From NCBI GenBank assembly GCA_951406725.2, contig OX597829.1:30194001-30258000 (forward strand): a DNA stretch of 64,000 bases, given 5' to 3'. Numbering within the stretch: the first letter of the stretch is position 1; the number at the start of each line of letters is the position of its first letter. A model generated the notes under the pieces. The model did no database searches. It saw nothing but the letters and a program-made list of their open reading frames with translations, and was not told the origin of the DNA. Shown in pieces: positions 39,769 through 52,559 of this stretch. The stretch is from Octopus vulgaris. Its lineage: Eukaryota. Made by a program: the position numbers and the translations under genes.

Positions 39769-41084
39769 ACATATATAAATTTGACATTGCATGGCTTTGT
39801 TTGTTACTGCACAAAGGAACAGTCTTTGATTCTCTTAAAAAATAAAAATTGCCAGCCAGAATTTGATTAAAGTCCAAAGATTTAGTGTTTCTTTAATATA
39901 ACCAATGATCTGTATTTAATCACCTGCTTACAAATGGAACTGCAAAAGGAAAAACAAAATGTAAATGTAAAAAAAGAAGAAAACAAGCAAAAAAAAAGCA
40001 GTAAAGCAGTGCAATCTTTCAGTATTGCATGGAATGCACCTTTATGGGTTTAAAAGACGTCATAGTACATATATCGAGATGATATCCTTATCTCTGTTGC
40101 AACCAAAAGCAAATTATAGTGAAAACTATTATTAGATTGTTGAATTGCCCAGATGATCGACTGTACTTAATGTATCTGTTAATGTTAATAAAAGGCATTG
40201 AACATGCAACTTTTATTGATTTCTGTGGAACGGATGTATCAAATGACTGTGTAAAAACTGACTGTAGACTTTGATTAATATGATAAGAAGCATTAATGAA
40301 CCCAAAACAGAAGATGGTGAAGAAGCATTACTTAGAGGTCTTACAAATATTATTGAGGAATCTACTGATGTCATCGATCCACCGTGGGCAGCTGAAAGTA
40401 AATGTATACACGATGATGAAGTTTGGTTTACAAATATGTGCTTTTGGTTTGGTTTCGCTATGCAGTGTAGTGGACAAGTGTCTTCTACTATAACAGCTGG
40501 CCAACAAATAACTTGTGAGTGTATTTGCTAGATGAAAATTGCATGGAATTCTGCTGTGCATGTGTGTGTGTGCATGTGTGTATGTGTGTGGTGTGTACAT
40601 GTGTGTGTGCACGGGCATAGCTGTGTGGTTAAGAAGTTATCTTCTGAACCACTTGGTTTCAGACTCAATCCCACAGCATGACATCTGGGCAAGTGTCTTC
40701 TTCAATAGTGCTGAGCCAGCCAAAGTACCTATGTGTTTGTGTGAGTTTCTACTTCCTCTTGTATTCATGTATGTTTGCTGCTTCTAAACAATTGCCACAC
40801 TGTACAGTCAGTGGTGTTTGCTTGCAGTCCTGCACAAAAGTGTATTCAGGTTTCTTGACATATTTATGCGATCATTGTAAGCAAAAGGCTCATTCAACCA
40901 TTGTTGTTTGTTTCCAATTTTCCGCATAATCTTGTTTGGGCAGTGTGTTCTTCGATATAGTGGAAGATTATTACCTCATTTGAAAACTGGTAGGATTTGG
41001 CATAAGGAAGGGTATGTGGCTATGGAAAAAACCCTGCCTTAACACACCCTTGTTTGACCCATGGTTAGTCTACTTTCTTTGTAA

Positions 41085-41300
41085 GGAGCATAGGGCTGGT
41101 TTCTCAGTCTCTCTGGTGCATATATTCCTCACTGGATGGGACTCCAGTCTGTCACAAGATTACTCATTTTTATCAGCTGAGTAGATTGGAGCAATGTGAA
41201 ATGAAGTGTTTTACTCAAGAACACATTGCACCACCTAGTCCAGGTACTGAAACCACAATCTTACTATCATGAGTTCAACACTCTAACCACTAAGTCATAC
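41085..41300 (-). mobile_element. SINE family D
   Basis: ggagcaatgtgaaatgaagtgttttactcaagaacac...ctctaaccactaag. Confidence 0.75.
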
Positions 41301-41358
41301 ACCTTTACTGGCATAGAAAAGTCGACATTAAAATGATGATGATGATGATATACATACA

Positions 41359-41392
<34 letters not shown>

Positions 41393-41413
41393 CACATTTA
41401 TTATCATCATCAT

Positions 41414-41576
41414 AGGCACAGGAGTAGCTGTGTGGTTGGTAGATTGCTTACCAGCCACATGGTTCCGGGTTCAGTTCCACTGCATGGCACCTTAGACAAG
41501 TATCTTCTACTATAGCCTAGGGCCGACCAAAGTCTTATGAGTTGATTTGGTAGCTGGAAACTGAAAGAAGTCCGTC

Positions 41577-41636
<60 letters not shown>

Positions 41637-41860
41637 GTATGTATGTATATATGTATATGTTTGTGTTTGTGTTTGTCCCCCCAATGTCGCTTGACAACCG
41701 ATGCTGTTATGTTTAAACATCCCCGTAACTTAGCGGTTTGGCAAGAGAGACTGATAGAATAAGTACTAGGCTTACAAAGAATAAGTTCTGGGGTCGATTT
41801 GCTCGACTAAAGGCAGTGCTCCAGCATGGTTGCAGTCAAATGACTGAAACAAATAAAAGA
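41414..41860 (+). mobile_element. SINE family A (internal (AT)n)
   Basis: Near-consensus head, CORE-like segment and tail. Confidence 0.85.
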
Positions 41861-41979
41861 ATCCTCATTATTGTTTCCTTTGTTGTTTTTCAACCACTCT
41901 CTATGCTGGCATGGATTAGACTTGCCATACTTTGAGTCAGTACATACATGGGGAGCTGGTCATCTAGATGGACTGTAGG

Positions 41980-42508
41980 ATTGTGTAGCTGTGTGGTTGA
42001 GAAGCTTACTTCTCAACAATATGGCTTTGGGTTCAGTCCCACTGTGTGGCATCTTGGCAAGTATCTTTTACTGTAGCCCTGAGCTAACCAAAGTCTTGTG
42101 AGTGGAATTTGCTAGAGAAAACTGAAAGAAGATGGTGTTGTGCTTGTGTATGTGTGTGTGTGTATATGTATGTATGTGTGTGTAAGTATGTATATATGTA
42201 CATACATACATACACATATGCATGTACGTATGCATGTATGAATACATGTGTGTATGTGTGAATGTGTCTGAGTATGCATGTGTGTGTGAGTATACATGCT
42301 TGTGTGTGTGTTGTCCTTGGTGTTTGAGCTTATTCCCACTGCTTGATAACAAGTGTTGATTTGTTTACATTCCTGCTGCTTAGTATTTTGCTAAAAAGTG
42401 ACTGACAGAATAATTAAAACGAGTAGTAGGGTCAATTTGATTGACTGCAATGTGGTGCTCCAACATGGTCACAATTCAGTACTGAAAGAAGTGAAAGAAT
42501 AAGAGAAT
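41980..42508 (+). mobile_element. SINE family A, older copy
   Basis: gggttcagtcccactgtgtggcatcttggcaagt...actgaaagaagtgaaagaataag. Confidence 0.75.
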
Positions 42509-43005
42509 GGCTTTGAAACAAGTATAGTACTACCAAGCATTTACAGTATTTTCTGCTATGAAAGAAATATTCTTGTTATTTGACATTTCTCAAGATTATG
42601 GTAAAAATAATCTGTTATTTTTGTGAGTCCATGTCTGATTAGAATTCCAATAACAGAAGGGGAAAAAAAAAAATTCTATGATTTAGTCTTTTGAAAGATC
42701 GAGGTACTTTCTGTTACATATATGTAAGCACCTTGTGGCATTAAGAAGTTCACTTTGCCACCTCATGGTTCTAGATTTGGTTCACTGCACAGCATCTTTA
42801 TAAATGTTCTAAAATCTACACAGCCTTGGATTTTTATCTCATTACAGAAAAATTTTTTTTTATATACACACACTGATATATGACCTACGTATGACCCCTT
42901 ATTTGCATAATCACTGAACCTGGAACTCAACTATGGTCTATCTGTAGCACTTATTCAGCATTACCTGACACCTTTAGGTCTCACTGACACCATTACCTCT
43001 CATAA

Positions 43006-43081
<76 letters not shown>

Positions 43082-43146
43082 CACACACACACACACATAC
43101 ACACATACACATACACACATATATTATCATTATCATAATCATCACA

Positions 43147-43188
<42 letters not shown>

Positions 43189-44199
43189 TAGGTATATATA
43201 GGTATATAGATAGATAGATAGATAGATAGATAGACGTACACGCACACACACACACATATATATATACACACACACATATATGTGTGTGTACATATGTATG
43301 CAAATACATGCATCATATGTACATACATCATGCATGCTTACATGCCTCATAGAAGTCTATCTACCTACTTACCTACCTACCTACCTACCTACCTACCTAC
43401 ACACACACACACATACACACAATTGTCATTATCATCATCGTTTAGCATCTATATTCCATACTGGCATGGGTTGGACAGTTTGACAGGATTCGACTGGTTG
43501 GAGGACTGCATCAAGTTCTAGTATCTGTTTTTGGTATAGTTTCTATGGCTGGATACTCTTCCAAACACCAGTCACTTTACAGAGCGTATGGGTGCCATTT
43601 TGTATCACTAATGCTATTGAGGTCATGAAGTAGTGTGTAAGTCAGGACTCATTGATTGACAGGGTGGTCTAGTATTGGGGAAGATGGGTTATGCCTCAAT
43701 ACATGTACCCCCACCCCCATATATGTAATGCCTATAAGAAGTGTGTTCAACCTTTAAATTTGTTTGGGCCCCAGACAGCCAAGGAATGTCCTATGAAAAT
43801 CTTACAAGTCACTCCCTAAAAAAAAACTTCAGAGCTGCCTTGAATTTTGAAAGCCCACCTCATATTCTTCCCCTACTACCTGGACCCAAAAGCAGTCTTG
43901 TTCCAGCTTGTAAAATTTCTCTTGGAATCTCTTCCTCACTCTCAGAGAAAGGGCTAAGGTACAGAATATTAGGTTCGTCTCTTATCACAGCAGTCAAACT
44001 CATCAAATTCTCCTGTAAGCCTTTCTACTTGGTTTCAAGGAAGTTCAGGTATGGAAAATAAAAGGAATGAAAATAGAACCATCAAAAGGAAATGCTTGCC
44101 TGCTTTACTTTCTTATGTAAAGAATAAGATCTCTGTATGATAATAAGGCTTTCTAGAAATAGCACCCGAATCTCCCTCAACTTATATCCTACCATCGCA

Positions 44200-45077
44200 A
44201 TCCATTTATTACCATATTTCTGTAGAAATACACTGTCTTTGTTTCAATTAACTTTGAAAATAATTAGGAATTTAGTAAAATAACTTTGTCATTCTTAAGC
44301 TGATGCTTGAAACATGAATAAACATGGAATTTTGATGGAAGGTTTAAATTTAGATCACTTTAAAAGAGGAAGTTTGTATCATAGAACAAGGGATGGTCTC
44401 AGGTGGGTTGATGTCAAAAGATTAAGACAAATATGATGCAAAGAACTGGCAGCTACATCATATGAAAAACTCTACCTTTGTTTCAGTTAATTTTGGAAAC
44501 AATAAAGGATTTAATAAAATAACTTTGTCGTTTTTAAGCTGGTGTTTGGAAAATGAAATAACATAGAATTTTGATGGGAGGTTTTAATTCAGATCACTTT
44601 AGCACTTTTATTACCATATTTCTTATTTCTTTATTACCCACAAGGGGCTAAACATAGAAGGGACAAACCAGGACAGACAAAGGGATTAAATCGATTACAT
44701 CGACCCCAGTGTGTAACTGGTACTTAATTTATCGACCTTGAAAGGATGAAAGGCAAAGTCAACCTTGATGGAATTTGAACTCAGAATGTAATGGCAGACA
44801 GAATACCATTAAGCTTTTTTCTAGGTGTACTAACGTTTCTGCCAGCTTGCTGCCTTTAATACCATACTTTTATTGCTATATTTCTGTCGAGATGTATAGT
44901 CTTTGTTTTGTTTTGATGATTATTTAGTAAAACGATCTTGTCATTATTGAGCTGGTGTTTGGAGCATAAAATAACATTAAAATTTTTAAGGAAGGTTTTA
45001 ATTTAGATACTCAAAAACAGGAAATTTATTTGAAAACCATGGGTGGTCTTAAATGGTTTAGTATCACTAGAGTTAAA
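44200..45077 (+). mobile_element. Cluster of three piggyBac-like MITE copies with a SINE family C insertion (~44620-44855, minus)
   Basis: The MITE core is repeated at ~44200, ~44470 and ~44870. The SINE C copy is flanked by tttattaccatattt/tttaataccatactt. Confidence 0.7.
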
Positions 45078-45929
45078 AAGGAACACTTTGGATAATGCAG
45101 TCCAGAGTATACGATGCCTGAGAAAAAAGAAAAGAGAATGGATGGTCAGGTCTAGAATGTCATTGATAATAAGTATGCTTTATCATAACTGATTTAGGAA
45201 TAAACAGAAAGTTTTCATAATGTTTGATACTCTTTTACTTGTGAAGAATTTTGTTAATTAAAAGACTAGGTGTGCATAAGAAGAAAAAAAACATGTCTTT
45301 TATAGATTTCCTTCAAGCCTCAAATACATCTACCTATATAATATCCAAAATTAAATCTAAGACTTGGAACCACAAAGTACATTTGTTTCAGTTGGTTGCT
45401 TGCCATCTACAAAGTTTAATAAAGACTACAATGATATATTGTTCCTCCATTTAGGACAATGCTACCATTATATACATAAATATTCTTGACCATTTCACAG
45501 AGAACATACTTTGGACCATAAACATGACCATAGACCTTGAATCACAAACACAATGTTTTCTCATCTGTTTCTTCAGTCACTACTATAATGGCCTCTGGGG
45601 TTGTAGTATCAAGTGGGGTGGCTTTGTGCCTGGTGATGAGAAGTTAAAGTAGGGTAGAAGCACAGAAACTGGTGTCTTGCTGAAGAAGCTGCCCATGCTG
45701 GAAAAGAGAGAAGATGGTGGCAAAGATGTGAAAATGTTCTTTTTTGTAACTAGGCAGACTCATGATCTTAAGGTTGTGAGCTCAGTTCCCAGACCAGGAG
45801 GTATATTGTATCCTTGGGCAAAACACTTTATTTTATATTACTCTTGTACACTCTGGGTGGATGGATGATACACTAGGTAGAAGGATACTTCCACCATCAA
45901 GATCCGCCTGGTGTGTCTGCTTCTCCTTT

Positions 45930-46465
45930 TTATCAGCCCTGTTGTGTCTCACTTTCCAGACCTCATACTAACTTATGTAAGCCCTTTCACTCCCTTTTCA
46001 ACATAGGCTATCGATGACCTTTCTCCAGTTCTCAACTCTGGACTGCATTTTCTGCGTCTCTCCTGCTGGATCTCAACTTTTTCAGTTCTTCCCCATGACC
46101 TGACCTTCAACTATTTTTAGGGCTTCCTCTCTTCTGCTTCCCATGAGGGTTCCAAGTCAGGGCTGATGTGTAATGCAGATGAGGTTTCCTGTCATATGTT
46201 TCCCTGAAGGAAGGCTGTCCTCACTCAGGTTACATTGGTTTTGAATTGTCTTCAATGCTCCTGTAACTTGCCTGGTTTTGCTTTATGCAAGCCCATTTTT
46301 ACCCTTTGGGAAGAGGTTATCCATATTAACCTGGTTTCTATCTTTTGCTCTCCTGTGTAGCATTGGGAGCCTTATCATGAGCTTGCGCCTCACTGGCATA
46401 ACTCTGAGGGTCACCGAGACATGCAAGCCTTTATCCCATCACAATGACAGGAACTTGTGGTGGAG
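45930..46465 (-). mobile_element. Internally deleted RTE (SR2/BovB-like) element
   Basis: The minus strand gives a decayed ..TWNPHGKQKRGSPKNS*R (RTE C-terminus). It is joined to an RTE 5'-UTR-like segment (ggcttgcatgtctcggtgaccctcagagttatgcc). Confidence 0.5.
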
Positions 46466-46467
46466 TA

Positions 46468-47382
46468 TGTGAACCAACTATTCTGTGCATGACAATTCAG
46501 CTGACAATTCAGTGTTGACAATTCAGCACATCATGTTTATGTGTATATGAAATTTAATTTAATTTTTTTTTTTTTTTAAATTTCTAAAATGCCTTTACAA
46601 CTGTTTTTGAATGCATACAAATAAGTGGATACTTCTTTCACCTCAGCCATGGAAGAAAACCCTGGATTTAAATCTTACTCAGCTTTATATAAGGGAGGAA
46701 CATGTTTGTCACTACTGTAAGATGTTTGTAGCCTTAGCTTTTGTGCAAGATGATGATATTTGTGGAATATTTGAATCTTTGCAAGATGTAATGCCTTGGG
46801 AATTGGAAGAATTAACAAATTATTCTGAAGATACATGGTGTGGTTGCCCCTTCCACTGTCGTAGAAGAGATACTGTTTTAAAAGCAGAATTCTGGAGTAT
46901 TTTTGACCAGGTTTATCAAAGACCAACAATTCATTAGAAGGGTGACACCGAAATCTTAAAGTATCATTGGGTCATAATCATCCAACCTTTTATAAGTTTA
47001 TCATGTTTCTCAAACTAGAGCAGGATCATACAGAGAAAAGGATATTAAAACTCAGAGCTGGACACAAAGATGTTTCCAAACATTCAAAATATCAAAGAAC
47101 TCATAAAACAATGAAGACATTAGCTAATGACTATAGAAATTGAGCTGATAAATTGGAATACTTGCAAAATGTAAGTTTCCAAATTAAACTACAGAAGTAA
47201 ATTGATCTTAATATTTGTATAAAGACATTTTTTTTTAGTATTTCAGTAAATTGTTTTGACTCAAAACCTGTTTTCATTATTACTTTCCTGAATTGTCCTT
47301 GTGTTTGCTTCCTTGTGCTGAATTATCTTTGAGATGAATTGTCCTTGCACTGAACTGTTATGTGTGGAATTGTTAGGGTGCC
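46468..47382 (+). mobile_element. Mutator/MULE (Phantom-like) element, internally deleted
   Basis: Termini are built of gacaattcag / ctgaattgtc subrepeats. The transposase C-terminus reads KMFVALAFV..., NYSEDTW, FWSIF, TNNSLEG*HRNLK...HPTFYKFIMFLKLEQ. gtggag occurs on both flanks. Confidence 0.75.
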
Positions 47383-47779
47383 AGTGGAGACACCACACTA
47401 AGCATTAAATGAAATTCTTCCTACCTAGAATTAAATCATTGATCTCATCAGTCAGGAAGGTCAAGAAAGGTATATAATCATTTTCCCTCCTCCATGGATT
47501 AAAATGCACAAAGAAAAATGGTTGCACAAAGAGTTTATCTACACTTGAAAGATTTCATTAATTTGATTACAGGTATAATGAATACATCATGAAAATATTG
47601 TTTAATTGTAGTTATCATTCAAATGCTTATAGATTACTTCTCAATGAAAGCTTAATGTAACATCTGCTTGTGGAATTTAATTCCTTTCACAAAGTTTAAT
47701 AATAGAGATAAGCATATACACTACTCACACCAAGAATACGTCATTGCCCTATACCCTATTTAATGACAAGCTGCATGAC

Positions 47780-48090
47780 TCTAAAGCCTCCAAATGTATT
47801 ACAAAGGATTTCTCCTGGCATCCTTGATGTAGTTGGGACTGCACGCCTATGACTGGCCCTTCTCTTTATGGTCAGAAGTTACTTAAGCACCTAACAATTA
47901 TTTATTCCTTACAAAGCTCGGATGAAATGAAGCCCAGAGTGGAAGTGCAGTTGTTGACCACACACTGACATCCTAGACTGTACCCAGAAAAAGGCCACCT
48001 GATTCAAGAAACATATCAAGTTTCCTAAAAAAGTCTTGAAGATAATGGAAGAATCAAAGAACATCCTTATGCTGCTGAATCTACAATAAG
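47780..48090 (+). pseudogene. CR1-group LINE C-terminal remnant
   Basis: RSYLST*QLFIPYKARM...LDCTQKKAT, resembling L..LYKAQVRP...LDRIQKRA. Confidence 0.4.
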
Positions 48091-48707
48091 TGAGGCACAT
48101 TGTTAAAACTGATAGATTTGCTTAAAGTATGCTAGTATGAATATCATGGCTGATTCTTTCCTCTCCCATTTGATGTCCTATTTTACATTTATTGAAATAA
48201 AAAGTATTGGGTTAAATTTTGTTAGATATTTAAGTTTGTCTTTCATTCCCCCACTGGAGTTAACTTTATCATTTGTTCCTGAAGATTAAGTACCAGTCAT
48301 AAGCTATAATCAATATTCAGTCAAATAACATCTGATTTTTAGAAATCTTGTGTGTCCATGATCTCTATGCATCTGACATTTAATTCTCAACTAACTTTCT
48401 TCTTCGGTGTTGCTAAAATGAATGCCAAAAGTATTGTTGACTAAACAGCAGGTGCAAGTTTCAGGAAGACATTGCTATTGTGTGCAAATGTATTGTTGTC
48501 ATTGTTGTTTCAACATCCACTTTTCCATGCTTTCATGGGTCAGACAGAATGTGCTGAGGTAGATCTATTGTGGGATGCCCTTGCTGTTGCTAGCCTTCTA
48601 CTGTTACTAAGCTAAGTAACATTTTCCCATGGCCAGACATGTTTTTTGCAGAACATACACAAATGCATGCATACATACTTATATTATGCATACATGTACA
48701 TATGCAC

Positions 48708-49125
48708 ACAGGTGCAGCTGTGTGGTAAGAAGTTTGCTTCCCAGCCTCATGGTACCAGGTTCAGTCCCACTGCTTAGCACTTTGAGCAAGTGTCTTCTAC
48801 TATAACCCTAAAGCTGAACAAAACCTTGTGAGTGGATTTGGTAGAAGGAAACTGAAAGAAACCTGTCATATATATATATATATAAAATACATATTTGTGT
48901 GTGTGTGTGTGTGTTGTGGGGAGTGTCTTTGCGTCTGTAACACACCACTGCTCACCAACCAATGTGCTTATGTAACTTAAGGGTCCAGCAAAGAGGGGCT
49001 AACAGAAAAAGTACTTGGCTTTGAAAAAATAGTACTGGGTTGATTCATTTGACTAAAATTCTTCAAGGTGGTGCCCCAGCATGGTCGCAGTCTAATGACT
49101 GAAACAATTAAAAGAAATAAAAGAA
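48708..49125 (+). mobile_element. SINE family A
   Basis: Near-consensus head, CORE-like segment and tail. Confidence 0.85.
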
Positions 49126-49146
49126 ATACATACATACATACACACA

Positions 49147-50385
49147 CAGGGTGGGCTATAATGCTTCTAGCTTGGAATATAAAAATGACGTAGAGTACCA
49201 AATATATTTATTGCATAACTGATATACAGGAGTTCAATATATTATCTAAGATTTGAATATTACATCCAGGAGATGGCCACCACCATGAAGAAAACATTCA
49301 TGAGTTCACTTTCTCATATCAAGCACACCATGGTTTAGCATATCAACTGGAATGGCTGAAATCTCTCTACAGATGCTTTAATTTAGTTCCACTGCTGCGT
49401 GAGGCCTTCCTGCATATACCCTATAATTGAGGTAACTTCACAGAGGTAGCCCATTGAACTTAGATCCAGTGATCTGGATGGCCAGTGGATATCACAAAAT
49501 TTCGAAATGAGATATCTAGGGAATTGTTCTCAAAGAGTTGTTATTGACATTTGCACTGTATGACTGGTGAAACCATCTTGTTGCATCCACATCTGTTTCA
49601 GGGCAAGTCTTTGTAACTTGGAAATAGTGCTCAGTAGTTCATCCACAAAATGCACCATATTCATTCTCAAAAAAGTAAGAACCAGTCACACATGCATAAG
49701 TTACTGCATGCCACATTGTAACCCTCTCAATGTGCAAAGGCCATTCATACATGATTTGAGGACTTTCACAACCCACCAAAATAAGGTTAAAATGAGCTTC
49801 ATCTGATGTGATCAAATGATGGATAAAATCCTCTTCCTCCCTGCACTTATTGACAAACCAATCACTACAAGTTTTTCTTTGCACCTTATCTGACAGAAGC
49901 AATTGTTGTGCTAGCTGTGGATACAAGTGTAAGACTTATTTTAAAATAACACTGACACTGGTTTGTGAAATATTCAACTGCTGAGCCAATCGATGCATGG
50001 ACTTCAAGGGGCTTCATTCATAGTGCACCCCATACTTTGTCAGTTCTCTGCACTACAAGATGTTTGAGGTCAACCTGGGGATTTTTTCTTCTCAGTATCA
50101 CCTATCTCATGAAAGTTTGTAACAACACTCGGGATCACCTTTCAGGATGGTACCTGTCATATTCTAAAATATTGTTGGAATTTTCTTTTGGCTGCAACAA
50201 TGGATTTTTGGTGGGTGAAGCATGCTTTGACCATGTATGCAATTTCTTTTGGAGTTCATGACATTATGAGGGTCACCAACACCAATTACCCATAAAAAAT
50301 AGTAAAATCTTAAATATGTTGCACTCCTGTATATGAGTTATGTAATAAATATCTGGTACTTTATGTCATTTTTATAATCCAAGAT
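49147..50385 (-). mobile_element. Tc1/mariner-superfamily transposon with ~80-100-bp TIRs, decayed
   Basis: The left end is CAGGGTG. ttggaatataaaaatgacgtagagtacca...ctaagattt (49171-49254) is inverted at 50306-50383. Minus-strand motifs are ITSDEAHF, MWMQQDG and HWPSRSLDLSSMGY (WPPRSPDL). Confidence 0.85.
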
Positions 50386-50401
50386 ACATACATGCATACA
50401 T

Positions 50402-50483
<82 letters not shown>

Positions 50484-50652
50484 TTTTACTTTTTATTAAA
50501 ATTTTATGTATTGATTAAGTCTTTCCTTGTTTGTTTTGCAAAATAGTGGTTTTGTCTCTAATTAATATTATATAATATTTTACTATAAAATTGGATTTAA
50601 TCCTAAATCTGATTTTTTCCCTGTAAATTTGGATTTATTCCCTAATATTTAT

Positions 50653-50712
<60 letters not shown>

Positions 50713-50927
50713 TTTTATTCTTTTACGTGTTTCAGTCAATAATTAATTGAAACAAAGGCAGAAATAATGGTAACAAAAAAGTTCATGTCACAACCATCAT
50801 TGTGTTTTGAATTCAGTCAATTTTTTTTCATGATGTAATTGAACACTCCATCTATAAAAAAATGTGCCTGAAACATTTATAGTGAACCTAACCCATTTGT
50901 GTTCTTATTATATATATATATATACAC

Positions 50928-51135
50928 AAACAATTGCAGTGTGGAAGGTGTTTATAAGCCATTTAAAACACACAAAAACCGTTAGATTCACTAAATTTAA
51001 TTTGCCAAAATATTTTTGTTGCTTTGAGACCACAACCTAATCACTGACAAAATTCCATACTGCATCTGTAGTGAATCTAACGGGTTTTGTGTGTTTTTAA
51101 ATGGCTTATAAACACATTCCATGCTGCAATTGTTT
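50928..51135. repeat. ~66-bp inverted repeat with 75-bp spacer (Penelope-like inverted terminal repeat)
   Basis: Arms 50928-50993 and 51069-51135 are near-perfect reverse complements and lie next to (AT)n. Confidence 0.7.
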
Positions 51136-51361
51136 TTATTTCAGCACACAGTCTCAGATCAGGTCACTTGCTATGCAAGTACATTTCTGCAAATATATAT
51201 ATATTGATAAAAACGGTAAGATGCCACAGGTCACTTGCTATGCAAGTACATCTCTGTAAATATATATATATATATATATATATTGATAAAAACGGTAAGA
51301 CGCCAAAAGAAAGAAAGAAACCTCGATATTATGTAAATAGAGGAATTTATCTGTAAATGTA

Positions 51362-51400
<39 letters not shown>

Positions 51401-51409
<9 letters not shown>

Positions 51410-51618
51410 CTGTAAATGTAATATGTGACAATTATTCGATAGCCATGATAAAACTCTGAGTTTCGGATGCCAAGGTGGAAATCCACGCTGCCATCTCTTC
51501 ATTTTTCTGATGGCCGGATAACTGAAGAGATGGCGGAGTGGATTTCCACCTCGGCATCCAAAACTCAGAGGTTTATCATGGCTATCGAATAATTGTCACA
51601 TATTACATTTACAGATAC

Positions 51619-51623
<5 letters not shown>
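51401..51623. mobile_element. ~110-bp-arm palindrome with hammerhead cores (Penelope-like terminal-repeat pair) in (AT)n
   Basis: Arms 51401-51510 and 51514-51623. The + arm reads GATAA-CTGAAGA-[stem II]-aAAA-CTCAGAG-gt-TTATC. Confidence 0.7.
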
Positions 51624-51657
<34 letters not shown>

Positions 51658-51788
51658 TATTTATATATATATATATTTATACAAATAATCAGAAAATGAA
51701 GAAAACCTCAGATTAACAAACAAATTGATTGGACCACATTTATAGATTATTATTTAATACAAAGCATGACGTAACAAATAGGTGACAT

Positions 51789-51824
<36 letters not shown>

Positions 51825-51826
<2 letters not shown>

Positions 51827-52235
51827 ACCTCTTCCTGAGGGTGAGAGGCAGATTGTTTGATGCCTGTGTACAAACACCTATGCTACATAGCAGTGAAACA
51901 TGTGACCACTGGGAACATATGAAGGCTTGAAAGAAATGAAGCCAGTATACTCTGCTGGATGGGTACGACAGAGTGTAAGTGATTTGAGAGAAAAACTGGG
52001 TATACAAGGCATCAGATGTAGTGTGCAAGAGAGAAGACTGTGTTGGTATGGTCATGTGATTCATATGGATGAGGACACCTGCATCAAGGAGTGCTGATCT
52101 CTAATTGTGGAGTGTATCAGTGAAAAGGGCAGACTCAGGAAGATGTAGGGGGAAGAAATGAGAAAGGATCTTCAGATGTTGTACTTGAGAAGACATGTCA
52201 AGCTAAGTGAAATTGTAGCTGTCCATGCATACAGA
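51825..52235 (+). pseudogene. RTE LINE ORF C-terminus (host of the Gypsy insertion)
   Basis: LRVRGRLFDACVQTPMLHSSET, LERNEASILCWM, LREKLGIQGIRCSVQERRLCWYGHV and GRLRK. Its 3' UTR resumes at ~55891-56197. Confidence 0.85.
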
Positions 52236-52559
52236 TATGGCTTTGCTAAGCTATACATAAAAATAATCCGGAATGAAAGTGTGTTGCTGTATTGTCCCTT
52301 CTCTGCAGTCCAGTTCACTATCTAGCCCACAGAGTGAAGTCCCTCTCTACAGTTTGTTTGTTATCAGCCCATGGTTAGTACCCTAAATTAAGCTCCCCAC
52401 AGAATTGTTGATGTTATTGGAACTGGGAAGGTGTTTTAACCACTCTGCCCGTACATGTGTTTGGTCTGCTCTTTGGCAACTGTTCATTGTCAGGGGTTGG
52501 TGTGACTTGCCTAAAGTGACCTTTGTTTGGTGGTTGAGCAACTTGGACAGGGGTGATAA

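Noticed and set aside
43741-44061. 106-aa ORF
   Set aside because: It has a non-ATG start, no recognisable motif and no splice support. It is probably a decayed repeat.
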